Assembly: GCA_976551045.1 (NCBI GenBank) | Contig: CDPCPM010000033.1 | Coordinates: 19,096,001-19,160,000, forward strand | Length of the DNA stretch: 64,000 nucleotides | Source: Glaucostegus cemiculus | Taxonomy: Eukaryota | Direction of reading: 5' to 3' | Part shown: piece by piece, positions 37,601 through 48,799 of the stretch | Layout of the letters: each line of letters opens with the position of its first letter | Position numbering within the stretch: position 1 is the first letter of the stretch | The notes under the pieces: model-generated | Told to the model about the DNA's origin: nothing | What the model saw: only the letters and a program-made list of their open reading frames with translations | Databases searched by the model: none | Made by a program: the position numbers and the translations under genes

Positions 37601-38560
37601 ACCAGACAACATTAAATCATGAGACCTACCGACAGGACCACCCTGGGATTAAACCTGGGAATTTTTATGCTTTATAATACTTTGAAGTGTTTTGAATTGC
37701 ATTGTGATGATACCCTAGAAGTATATTGGGGCATATACAATTGCTCCATGAAACAAAATAATTTATACAGAGATGTTCTAACACTAAGTTACATGCTGCT
37801 TCTTTTAATTGCATTATTATTGCCAGTCAAGTTGGTTTAATATTTGATTTGCCTGATTTGCAGCACATTTACCCAGAATTTGCTAGAAAATAAAAAAAAA
37901 GCTTTTGGGAGAAATGCCTGTTCTGTGTGTCACTGCCAGCTTAAGTTTCCCCACACAATGCCAGCAATATTGGGATTTCTACACAAGCTTGCATGAATGT
38001 GGAAATCCTGATGGTAAGAGATCTGTAGAGAATTCTCAACAGTGCTCTGACACTGAATGGAGTCCCAAGTTGTGCTATTTCCCCAGCTGGTGGTGAATCC
38101 ACTTGAAGAACCTGTGGCATGTAAACGTGGTGCATGTAGTTCTCCTCAACTGATATCAATGGAGAAGGGTAATTGCAAGGAATAAAGGGAAATCTTAAAC
38201 GTTTGATTTTTAAAATATTTTTAGAGTATATTTTATCTTTTTTGCTACCATTTTAAATAATTTTTCAATTATTATTATTATTAGTTTAATTAATTTGGTT
38301 TCTGAATAGTTTTGATTTCTAGAAGCATTCTGAAACATTTCTAGCGTAGGGTTTAGCTGACTGTCAATGTCTCTTTAGCAGTTCCTAGGGTGAGTCTTGT
38401 TCTTCAAACCCCACGTGCAAGTAAAAGACCATGTCACAGTGCCAGCCTCACCACTGAACTAAGAGCTGACCCTTTGCTGCAACCTCTTATTGGGTTAATG
38501 CATAATTGTGATTTATCTTTGTAGGATGAGTGAGCACACTAGTAGTTTACCATTGACCAT

Positions 38561-38763
38561 AAATTTTGGGCCAATAGAACACAAGTAATGGCAGAGAATG
38601 ACACAGGATAAATTGCAAATTGTCACAGATTGGAGGATGATGTTAAATTTTCCACAGCAACATGTTAAATTTTCCACAGCAACATCATCTACCAGTCTGT
38701 GACAATTTGCAATTTATCCTGTCATTCCCTGCCATTACTTGCTTGCTATTAGCCCAAGAAATT
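38561..38763. repeat. Long inverted repeat (~83-bp arms) with a 22-bp tandem duplication in the loop
   Basis: Arm 38561-38644 pairs with 38681-38763, including a perfect 27-bp core ACAGGATAAATTGCAAATTGTCACAGA. ATGTTAAATTTTCCACAGCAAC occurs twice, at 38640-38661 and 38662-38683. Confidence 0.95.
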
Positions 38764-39062
38764 GCTGTATTAGTGTAACATTTGCCACAGAAATTTAGGA
38801 CTGGTAGTTAAAAACATTAGGATTTTATTTTAACTTGTTTATAATAGGCATTTAAAAACCTTAATCACTTTAGAGATGGGAGCACTATCATCTGTCAAAT
38901 ATTTCCAAAATAGTTTCATGAGCAAGGCTATTCTGACCTAACTACATTGCTTGAGTCTTAGGAACATACACATCCTCTGGCTGAGCTCCAGGACAGTTTT
39001 AGTCATCAAAGTTCAAAGTAATCAGAAATATGAGCAGCAAATGCAGGGCAATAGAGTCCTTT

Positions 39063-39362
39063 CAGGCACGGTAGTGTAGTGGTTAGCGTAACGCTTTACA
39101 GTGCTTGCGACCCAGGTTCAATTCCTGCAACTGTCTGTAAGAAGTTCGTATGTTCTCCCCCTGTCTGCGTGGGTTTCTTCCGGGTGCTCCAGTTTCCTCC
39201 CACATTCCAAAGACGTATGGGTTAGGAAGTTGTGGGCATGCTATGTTGGCGCTGGAAGCATGGTGACACTTGCAGGCTGCCCCCAGAACACTCTACTCAA
39301 AAGACGTATTTCACTGTGTGTTTCGATGTACATGTGACCAATAAAGATATCTTATCTTATCT
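39063..39362 (+). mobile_element. V-SINE with Rex-like tail
   Basis: A and B boxes, V domain, tail TTTCACTGTGTGTTTCGATGTACATGTGACCAATAAAGATATCTTATCTTATCT. Confidence 0.9.
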
Positions 39363-42300
39363 AAGTCCAAGCCAAATGTTTCAGGTGGAATGGCAACACT
39401 ATTTCTCTCTTCATGCATGCTTACTGAACTGTTGTGTATTTTCAGCAGTTTCTATTTCAAATTTCAAGCATTCACAGTATTTTGGTGATTTATCATGAGG
39501 CAAGTGATATCTTAATAAATATTTCAGTAATATTTAACTTATAATTGATGCAGAAAGGACGTTTGTTAGAACTAATTCAGATTTATCACATTTCATAACT
39601 CTGGTAAATTCTGTGGCCTGCCTTATGATAGTGTTGTAATAGCTTTTTGCTGTGAAAAAGCATATTGTTAAACATTTTTTTCTGATCTATTGTGGAAGTG
39701 GAATATTATTTTTGACATTTTGTAGCTTTTTTATATTCAATAATCATTGTGCACTTTGAGGTGCATGCACAGATTACTCCATATGCTGGCAACCGTTTTG
39801 AATGGTAGATCAGGGAAATTTTCACTTTTGCTTTTTAATCTAGAATCTGTTCATAATTAGATGTTAATTTTGCTTAAAGATGTTGTACAAAACAGAAAGA
39901 TCAGATACATTTTGGATACCATTGGCAGGCATCATAAACTGTATTTCCATTCTGTTACCTTTCTTTCTGGCTTGCCCTGAGTCAAAAATACATCTTCAGA
40001 CAATGTGCAATCTTACTGCAGGTAGATATGTTTTGTGTCTTGGTGCAATGTGATAACATTGATTTATCTGACGGAAGATCTCTCTATGCCAGCTGTACAA
40101 ATTATATTTACTCTGCACCTTACTAGGTTAAATAAGGACTATTCTTCCTATTCTCCTGTGTGGGGTCTCTTCAATCAGTTAGCAAATCAAATCATACAGA
40201 ACAGATTTGGTGCCTTAACCCTTTGAAGGCAGTAATTGAATTTTCAGTTCTAAAATTAAAAATGTTACATTGGCAAATTCAGAAAAAATGCTACATTTTC
40301 TGCAGTTCAGATTAATTCTGTAATTCAATTTTAATACATTATTCATTAAATATTTAAAACAATTTTTGCAATGAGAAAAGGAGAAAAATTTACACAATTC
40401 TGAATGCTTGTTCAGACTTCTGGTGGTTGATGAGTTCTGATTACAGCAAGATACTGGAGGTGGGGCTTCTTTTGATATACTGTACTGACTTGCCCCTTAA
40501 TCATTTCAGTGGTTATCATATATAATATTTAAAAGGCAAACTAAAGTATAATTATTCATATCTATTTAAAAAATGCAACATATAAGACTATCTTGAACAA
40601 TTAGACATTGCAATTAAATGTAAAATGGGCATTTTCTCAAAATTAATTAGATTTATTACAACAGACAATACATGTAAGCCTGGATTGTTTGAAGGAATGA
40701 AGGCAAAACTATCCATTAACATTTCCATTGTCATTCCACCTCAAAGCTGGTAGCAGATCTGTGATTTCTGTGCATGTGTACTTTAACACAGAAGTCCTAA
40801 AGTTTCTGTCATTGATTCATCCAACTTGCACAGGATACTGTACATTGCTTGCAGCCTTCCCTGTGAAATGCAGGGAAATCAGATAAAGTGACAGGAATTC
40901 AAGCAATTTACAAACTAGACATTGTAAAGTACCCTAAACATCTTATGCTTTTTTGCATGAAGTTTGTGAGATTTTAATGGTGTATTAAAATATAATTATA
41001 GCTTAACACACTACCTGGCTTCAATAAACCAGATATAGATATGTATGTTATGATTTTATCATACAATGATTTTGAAATATGAGAATTATGATTTTGTTTA
41101 TTTTTAGTTATAATCATTTAGAAGCTACTTTAACTGTGTATACATACCTAAAAGGTCAATTCAACAAATGGCCATTGTTCTCATGCTTCTAATGGGAATC
41201 CTCTATTGCAATGTCATGGGCCAGTCTGATGACATCATAGCTGCTGGACACATAAGAGATTCCCTTGAACTGATATGTGGCAACAGCAGGAATCAAGACA
41301 AGTGAAATCCATTGCCAGTGGATTTCTAGGCATTTGTGAGGAGCTTTAATTTTAATTGAGGTCAACAGCAAATGCTTTGTCAAGAATGGCAAATTCAGGA
41401 CTAGTTACATGAGATTATCATTAAAACACGAAAGAACAACTTTCATTCATGGCGCTTAGAGTATATGCTGCATTATTGCTGGTTCAACTCATGGGCCTGA
41501 ACTTGAATCTGAGCCCAAGTAGGTACACTGAAAATCTCTGTTGCCTGTCAATTTATTAAAGGTTTGCTTGGTCATCTGGGCCTATGGTGCATCTGGAAAC
41601 CAGAAGCATGTTTAAGAGTGTCCAAGCTAAACAACTGAGAAATCCACATGCTGCTTGCTTGCTAAGAAGTGAACAATCTCTGCCTATAATGGGCTTCCTT
41701 GTCTATCTATTCTCAGAAAAGCTTTCAGGTGCTTAGCTGTGGGCAGATCTATGCTCTTTTTGGCACCACCAATTGGTGGTTTCCTCTCAGCCTGTTTTGT
41801 TTCTATCATCCTGACTTCAGGGTTGTTAACCATCAATAATTGAATACTGTTCATGAGACATTGTTGTATTCTAATTGGTTGCTTGAATATGCTATACTTC
41901 CAAAATTAGTTATTAGTGATCAAATGCATTTGGTCTCCTAAGCTTCATAAACACAGGAGGTTAAAAATGTATGGATGTCTATATGGCAAGTGGTGCACAT
42001 TCATTTCAGGGTGAAGTGGACCATTTTTCATATGGAATTAGGCTCTTCCATAGGCATTCAGGTCATTCAGTAAAGAGATGATAGTCCTCTACCATTTATA
42101 AAATAAATAGTCCTCCAACAAAATCAGTCTACCTCAGCTACTGACTTAAGATGTGATAAACTAAATCAAAACTCATGGCATTATCTACCTTGCCTATTAA
42201 GAGGGCTTGACCATTCTCTGCAGTTCAGCTGTGGTTGCCTTTTAAAGCTTTTGTGTGTTTTTTGGCCACCATCTGACCTGCAAATGATTTGATTTTACGC

Positions 42301-42739
42301 TTATGTTTTTGGCTGACTTGAAATCGACAAGTGGGAGCAGGATTAGCAGTGATTGCAGTTTTGCCAGATTTCTCAAGACCCTCAAGGGTACTTCAACCAA
42401 ATTGACCCCTAATGTACCAAGAGACCTGCAATAAGATCACAGTTATACTCCTGCTTATATTTCATTGTCTTCCTTCAAGTTAATTCTCTAATCTTGCCTT
42501 CATCTCATGATAGCTATAACAATCAGCTGCTGTGTTCATGGAGTTTACTTGTGTTCCGTGTTAGATAGAGTGGTAGGTGTGAAGGCTTGACACTAGTTGG
42601 AGTGGGATTCTATCACAGTCCTTACGCAGGCAGCCCAGCATATGCAGAATTTCCTGGTGCCTGTCCATCACCCTTGATTTGTTGTCTGGGCCCTTGAAGT
42701 CAACATTCGCAGCTTTGCCAAGATATACAACATACCTGA

Positions 42740-43255
42740 GAGGTTTTCTTCTTTGACAGAATAGGTACGGATGTGTTGGGCTCTGTCAGTTTTGGTCTGG
42801 TGCAGGTTATGCATGACCATTCCCTGTAAGAAAGCAGGATGTGTGTTAGTCGCATGCTTGTGAGGTGTTTGGAGGATCTGCCTGTAATGAATGTGAGGTG
42901 CTGGGAAGTGATAGACGCATTAATTGTAAGAGTTTGTTGTGTAGCGTGTATGAATAATGGGAAAAGAAAGTGTAGTGTTGTACATTGAGTGAATACAATT
43001 GGGGATGGGGAGTAACAGGTGCAGTGAAGTACATAACAGTGCAAGTGTGGAGAGGCCAGGATTCTTCCCTTGACAACACTAGCAAGGTTATGGTATTTGT
43101 CTAACTATTCCAATCATTTCCTGGAAGCAAAAGCACTTGGCATAAATCTGGAAGTGAAGATATTACCTGAATTGCTTTCTTTTTCTCCCTTCTCTTCTCA
43201 CTACCTAAACCAATGCCTCTAATGTTGCAACAGAGAACTTGGGTGCCCTCTCTGG
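42740..43255 (-). mobile_element. Harbinger Myb/SANT-like gene fossil with an apparent intron
   Basis: Reading down from 43255: PERAPKFSVATLEALV*VVRR, resembling RAP.FS..LE.LV..V..R. HNLASVVK ends at 43069, followed by a decayed donor GGAAGA. Acceptor CCTGCTTTCTTACAG ends at 42824, then GMVMHNLHQTKTDRAQHI, resembling K..HN....KTGGG. Confidence 0.55.
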
Positions 43256-44772
43256 GCTTCCAGCAGCTATTGCTCCCCTTAGAGATATTACTTGCTTTCT
43301 GCAGCCAAAGCGCACATCCTCTTTTCGAAATGTCTACTGTGTTGAACTCTGATTTACACAACACTAAACAGGGGCAGAGCCAGTGGATAGTGGGGACAGA
43401 GCAGGCTGCACAGCAGGTTCATAATAGTGAACTCTCAGTGCCAATTTCCCACCACAATGTGAACCGCCGAGTACGGCTTGACCATTGTACTCTAGGCCTT
43501 GTTTTTGGGCACAGTTGAATTTCTAGGTCAAGCCTTTTTTTATTGGCTTACAGAATACGTCCTTTATTGATAGGACCGTCAATGAGCCAGTCTTTTGCAC
43601 ATTCATCAGCAGTATTTCAGTATACATAAAACCTGCCGAGCGCTGGTATCAGATTAACGAGTTCACCACAGTAGATTGACTTAGTTTCAGTCTCCCATTA
43701 TTGAAACTGTTTGCTTCTTTGCAATTTAATCATGGTAGCTACCAAACCTTGAATACATAAGCAGCTGTTAAACTAGCCTCTAGGTACTGCTACACAGTGA
43801 GATGGTTTCTTTTGGCTCTATGATACAGCATGGTAGTGTGTCCTGAACAGTATAGCCTGCAATGTTCTAGCTCCATGTTTTTGGTTCCTGTCTTATTTGC
43901 CAGTAACTTCTTAACCAAGGCCTCACTTAAAGGGCTTTTCCACAAAGTCATGCCTACTGTGAGGTGGACTCTCAACTTTGCCAAAAGAAAGACCCACCTA
44001 GGGAAGAGTTTTCTATTGCTGCAATTGCTTCTTATTTGGTCGCATGTTCACTTCACAAACAGGTGATGGATTGAAAACATAAACTGAAACAAATCTTTCT
44101 ACCACATGTCCAATAGTTCTGAAACATCAAAGGAGCTGCTCAGTATTGTTGCATGTATCAGATTTGATTGTAACAAATATTTTACATCTTTGAAGAGTGA
44201 AGAAAAATAAAGACTGACTACTTCTTCTAAAGGTGACTACAAAGAACTCTACCCATGCTAAGTGTAGCATCATCTGGGATCCCAGAAACCATAACCAGAA
44301 AACTATTGCAATCAACACTCTTATTGTAAACTGCCCTATACATCTTTGATCACATTTTGGGCCACACAGAAGATAAATAATGCATTTTGAGCATCTGGTA
44401 TTTGTTCTTATGCCTATGTTGTAAAAGGAATCCAGATCTCAGATATACTTTGCAACAATATTATACATTTGTGAAGAGAAGGACCATTCTTTTATAAGTA
44501 CTTGAGGCAGATGGTCTGAGATATTTGTCTAATTTGCCATTCATCACAATGGTCCAGGTGTCACTGGCTAATGTCAAAAACTGCAATCCTGGACTTACTA
44601 ACAGTCTTGTCTGTCATTTTTTTCTCTGTTACTGGACTGCACATGGAGTTCAGGGATGAGGTCCAGTTTCACTGAGGTTCTCCAGTAAAACATTGGGCAG
44701 TTGCCTTTCAGATTCTGCAGGTTCAGACCAAGCAGAAGGTCTGAGACTCCACTGATTGTAGGAGGAAAAAAA

Positions 44773-44915
44773 AACAAACTGCTGGAGGAACTCAGTGGGT
44801 CAAACAGCATCTGTGGGGGCAAAGGAACTGTTGACATCGCATGTCGAGACCCTACATCAGGACTGGAGAGTGGAGAAGAAAGATAGCTGGTATAAAGAGG
44901 AGAGCAAAGAGGAAG
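44773..44915 (-). mobile_element. PLE pseudo-LTR fragment with decayed hammerhead
   Basis: Minus strand CAGTC-CTGATGT-A-GGGTCTCGACAT-GCGA-TGTC-AACAG, then AGATGCTGTTTGACCCACTGAGTTCCTCCAGCAG. Confidence 0.75.
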
Positions 44916-45724
44916 ATTGGTTAATTCTTTTAGAGCTAGTTTTGCTTAAGTTTAATGATTTTAATTACATATTTATGATTTTAGTGTTTATTGGATAAAA
45001 ATTCCTTTTCATTTCTTATAAAATATCTTCTTAAATATTTGTAATTATTTACTTCCATGTTAGTAGTCATTAAGTATCTCTGAAAATCACTGAGAAGCTG
45101 GGGCAGGGCTTTGCCAGCTACCTAAGCTTTCAGATATATCTTTGTGCAGAAACACCACACTATGCCACTGCTTATATCCTGTTGTGTGCCAATAAGATAA
45201 GGCCTCCAGAATTTGGAAAGAGGTTGCAGGTGATGACTTGTGGCAAGGGAATCAGAACAGCAAGATTTGCCTCATTACCAAAGTGTTCATCGAACAGGAA
45301 ATTACGTACTTATCCTTGTAATTTAGGAGAGATAGATGCAGTGCATTTCTGATTTATTGACCTACAAGGTTGGAATGTACATTCTGAATTAGTGCAAGGC
45401 TGGATCATGTTCTTCTATGGCTTTGGGCATTTTCATGAAAATTGCTTGGGGCATTAGGGATGATATTAGTCAACAGCATTGGTGCAAATAGAATAAGAAC
45501 ACATTGTCAAGAGTTTGGAATACTGGCAATGACCAATTTGTACCATTATAGGTTAAAAATCCTCACATGGAACATACAGTGAAGCTACATTTATTACTGG
45601 AAACAAACTTTGTTTGCTAGTCACTAATTATACTATTGTATGTACATACAATTTCATCCAATCCACATGACTTTGCAACTTGCAGGATTACCTTAAAAGA
45701 ATGGATTGCAGTAAGAAAAGGAAA

Positions 45725-46502
45725 TGGTAGGATAGTATTAATTTTACTGAACTGTTAAGAATTTTAATCAGGACATAAGAGTTCAGATTCCACCACAGCA
45801 ATGTAGAGGGAAATTTAAACACATTTAATTACATAACTCTCAAATATAAAGCTTGTATCATTATTATGACAATGAGACATGTAGCATTATTATGACTATT
45901 TCACCATTGGTAGTATCTACAGGAGGCGCTGCCTCAAGAAGGCAACATTCATCATCAAAGAGCCCCGCCATCCGAGCCGTACTATCTTCTCACAACTACC
46001 ATCGGGCAGGAGGTACAGAAGACTGAAAGTCCACACCTCCAGGTTCAAGAACAGCTACTTCCCTTCAACTATTCGGTTCTTGAACCAACCGACACAACCC
46101 TAATCACTACAGTTTAGTTACACCATGAGCACTTTGATCACTTTGCACTAACAAGGACTCTGTGTGGACTTTGTGTTTTATTTGTTCTAATTGTTTTCTT
46201 TCTTGTAAAAAATTGGGTATAATTTATGTTTAATTTAGATTTTTCTTGTGAATGCTGTTTATCTGATGCTATGTGCCTGTGATGCTGCTGCAAGCAAGTT
46301 TTTCAGTGCACCTGTGCACATGTGTACTTGTGCATATGACGATACATTCAACATGGACCTTGACTTTGAGACTTCTGGATATTCTTGAAAGCCCATTTGA
46401 TTCACTAAGGCTCAGTTGGGAAGGAAAATAGTTATCCTTACCTTAACAAAATGTCCTCTGGACCCCTAATAATGGGTTGACTCTCAAATCACCTCTCAAA
46501 AT
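45725..46502 (+). mobile_element. Old tRNA-type SINE (likely a LINE-B partner family) split by a Rex insertion
   Basis: Head with B-box-like GAGTTCAGATTCC (45779-45791). Resumes after 46367 with CCATTTGATTCACTAA..GGGAAGGAAA..GGTTGACTCT, similar to ~13385-13500. Confidence 0.5.
45912..46367 (+). mobile_element. Rex1/Babar 3' fragment (another subfamily)
   Basis: Open frame SIYRRRCLKKATFIIKEPRHPSRTIFSQLPSGRRYRRLKVHTSRFKNSYFPSTIRFLN, followed by a 3' UTR. Confidence 0.85.
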
Positions 46503-46769
46503 ATATTCCTTTCACTTATCCACTATTACATCTGTCACTAGCTTTCCATTTTTGATAATCTGCCTAAGTTGTCCTAAATGTTTTACAATCCTCATTGTTG
46601 ACAGTCCTACCACTTTTGAGTCATTTGAACATTTTCAGATTGTATCTCCATGCTGAATTTTAAATCTTGTATTTGTAGTTCTTTCCTAATCTGAACAACA
46701 TTCATCTCCCCAAACTCTTTATATTTTTCCATTCAGTCCATTTTTCTATCCATGCTTCGTTGGAAGAGA

Positions 46770-47025
46770 AGTTTGAACCAAAGACCTGTTTTTCTCCTCA
46801 AGGAGATGTAAAAGATACCACAGCTCTATGTTTTAGTTCTCCTGAAGTTGGTCAATATTTATCTCTCAATCAAGGTCACTAAAACTCATTATCCAGTTAG
46901 TAGTTCATTGAGTTTGTGGAATTTTGCTGTGTGCAAATGTGCTGCTGTGTTGCTTTCAAGTGTCTTCAAAGTCATTTGGTTGTTGTAATGCAAGTTTGCA
47001 GAGATGCTAAATAAATACATATGTT
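46770..47025 (+). mobile_element. Deu-SINE 3' half
   Basis: GATGTAAAAGATACCACAGC...CAATATTTATCTCTCAA...TTTGTGGAATTTTGCTGTGTGCAAAT. Confidence 0.65.
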
Positions 47026-47069
47026 TCCTTCTATATTGCTACATTTTTTCTGATTTGTGATCTCATTAA

Positions 47070-47880
47070 CCCACCACCACTGTTGTCACTGACCTGCATT
47101 GGCTCCTGATTAAGCAATAAATCCATTTTAGAATTATCACCCTTTCATTCAAAACCCTTCTTTGAGCAGGTCTCTTCCTATCTCTGAATACTCCTCAACT
47201 CCTGTATTCTTAAGAGATTTCAGACCATGTCTAGTTCTCACCTCCATTTAACCCAGGACTTTAAAGTCCTAAGCTCCAAAATTTCCTGCTTAAGCTTCTC
47301 TACTTCTTGTTTCTGCTTTAAGCTGCTTCTTGAAACTTTCCTCCTTGACTAAGCTTTTTGGATCCTGTCCTGGTATCACCTTGTGTAGATCAGGTCAAGT
47401 TTTGTATGATAATGTTCCTTAGAAGTGCCTTAGGATGTTTCTGCAAGACTTGTCATGATTCTGAGTACTGGCCCTTGATTTGGTTCCTTGGATGCCTCAT
47501 TGTACAGCACATGGATTCCATGCTGGACTGATTGCATAATGACACACATCTGAGCCCCATCAGGGGCCTAGCATAAGTACCTGGGTTTCTCTAGCACTAG
47601 TTGCCAGAGGATTGGTCAACCTTGAAAATTCAGTTTGGTTCCTAGCTGCTTAGAGTGGTCTACTCCAGAGCAGTCCTGTGTTCTCTAGTCCTGCTTGAAG
47701 ATTCAGTTTGTGTTGGGATTACTACTCAGATCTCTGAGGCAAGATTTCCTTCCAGTGTTGCCTGTGTCCGGTCCTGAGGAAGTATCCTGACTCCAGTCTT
47801 GTACCAGTGTGCTGCATTTGGGTTCTCTGTGATCTTGCTCTTCAATCAACATTGTGACAAGACCCTGTATAAATTGTTGA
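47070..47880 (+). mobile_element. L2 LINE 3' end, interrupted by a solo LTR
   Basis: Translates PTTTVVTDLHWLLIKQ*IHFRI, the L2 hallmark ITP.L..LHWLP...RI.FK. The tail resumes at 47860 (TGTATAAATTGTTG). Confidence 0.75.
47451..47859 (+). mobile_element. Solo LTR (Gypsy-like), 409 bp
   Basis: TGTCA...TGACA termini and a 5-bp TSD AGACT/AGACC (47446-47450, 47860-47864). GTGTGCTGCATTTGGGTTC near the 3' end resembles fish Gypsy LTRs. Orientation is inferred. Confidence 0.7.
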
Positions 47881-48154
47881 TGATATGATATACCTTATTT
47901 TTTTCCAACAAATTTTGTATGAGTCATAATATTGAGCAACTTTTCAAAATCCATATATATTTATTATATCCTCCTTACATATTCAATCAGCTGTGTTTAC
48001 ACAGCAATTATATTAACTTGTCAAAATCAATTTCTCATCAACAAATTTATTTTGGCTATCCTTGTTTAACCCATTCACTTCTAAATAGTTCATATATTTA
48101 TCATTAAGGTGTAGTATATGATAGTCTATCAGGTCCTGTAGATGTGTCCCCATT

Positions 48155-48799
48155 AATAGACAATAGGTGCAGAAGTAGACCATTTGGCCCTTTGAGTCTG
48201 CACCGCCATTTTGAGATCATGGCTGATCATCAACAATCAATATCCTGTTCCTGCTTTGTCCCCATATCCCTTGATTCCCTCATCCACAGGAAACCTATCT
48301 AGCTCCTTCTTGAAAGTATCCAGAGAATTGGCCTCCACTGCCTTCCGAGGCAGCACATTTCACAAATTCACAACTCTCTGGGAGAAGAAGTTTTTCCTCA
48401 CCTCTGTCCTAAATGGCCTACCCCTTATTCTTAAATCATGCCCTCTGGTCCTGGACTTCCCCAACATCTGGAACATATTTCCTGACTCCATCTTGTCCAA
48501 TCCCTTAATAATCTTGTATGTTTCAATCAGATCCCGTATCAATCTTCTCAATTCCAGTGTGTACAATCCCAGTCTCTCCAACCTCTCAGCATAAGACAGT
48601 CCCGACATCCCCGGAATTAACTTCATAAACCTATGCTGCACGCCCTCTATAGCCAGGATATCCTTCCTTAACCCTGGAGACCAAAACTGTACACAATACT
48701 CCAGGAGTGGTCTCACCAGGGCCCTGTTTAAATGCAAAAGAATCTCTTTGCTTTTGTACTCAATTCTCCTTGTAATACAGGCCAACATTCCATTAGCCT
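48155..48799 (-). mobile_element. Younger CR1 (HER1-type), 5'-truncated
   Basis: ORF 48360-48788(-), 142 aa, is an uninterrupted stretch of the CR1 ORF2 C-terminal region (ALVRPLLEYCVQFWSP...FFSQRVVNL), followed by a 3' UTR and tail. Confidence 0.92.

Noticed and set aside
38640-38683. CRISPR-like repeat
   Set aside because: Only two directly adjacent units with no spacer, no cas genes, and a vertebrate context.
41217-41240. CTGATGA as a hammerhead or C-box motif
   Set aside because: No stem II/GAAA partner and no terminal stem or D-box arrangement nearby.
43600-43720. CpG-containing stretch as a possible minus-strand exon
   Set aside because: Stops occur in all three minus-strand frames across the segment and the candidate donor (GTTTTA) is poor.
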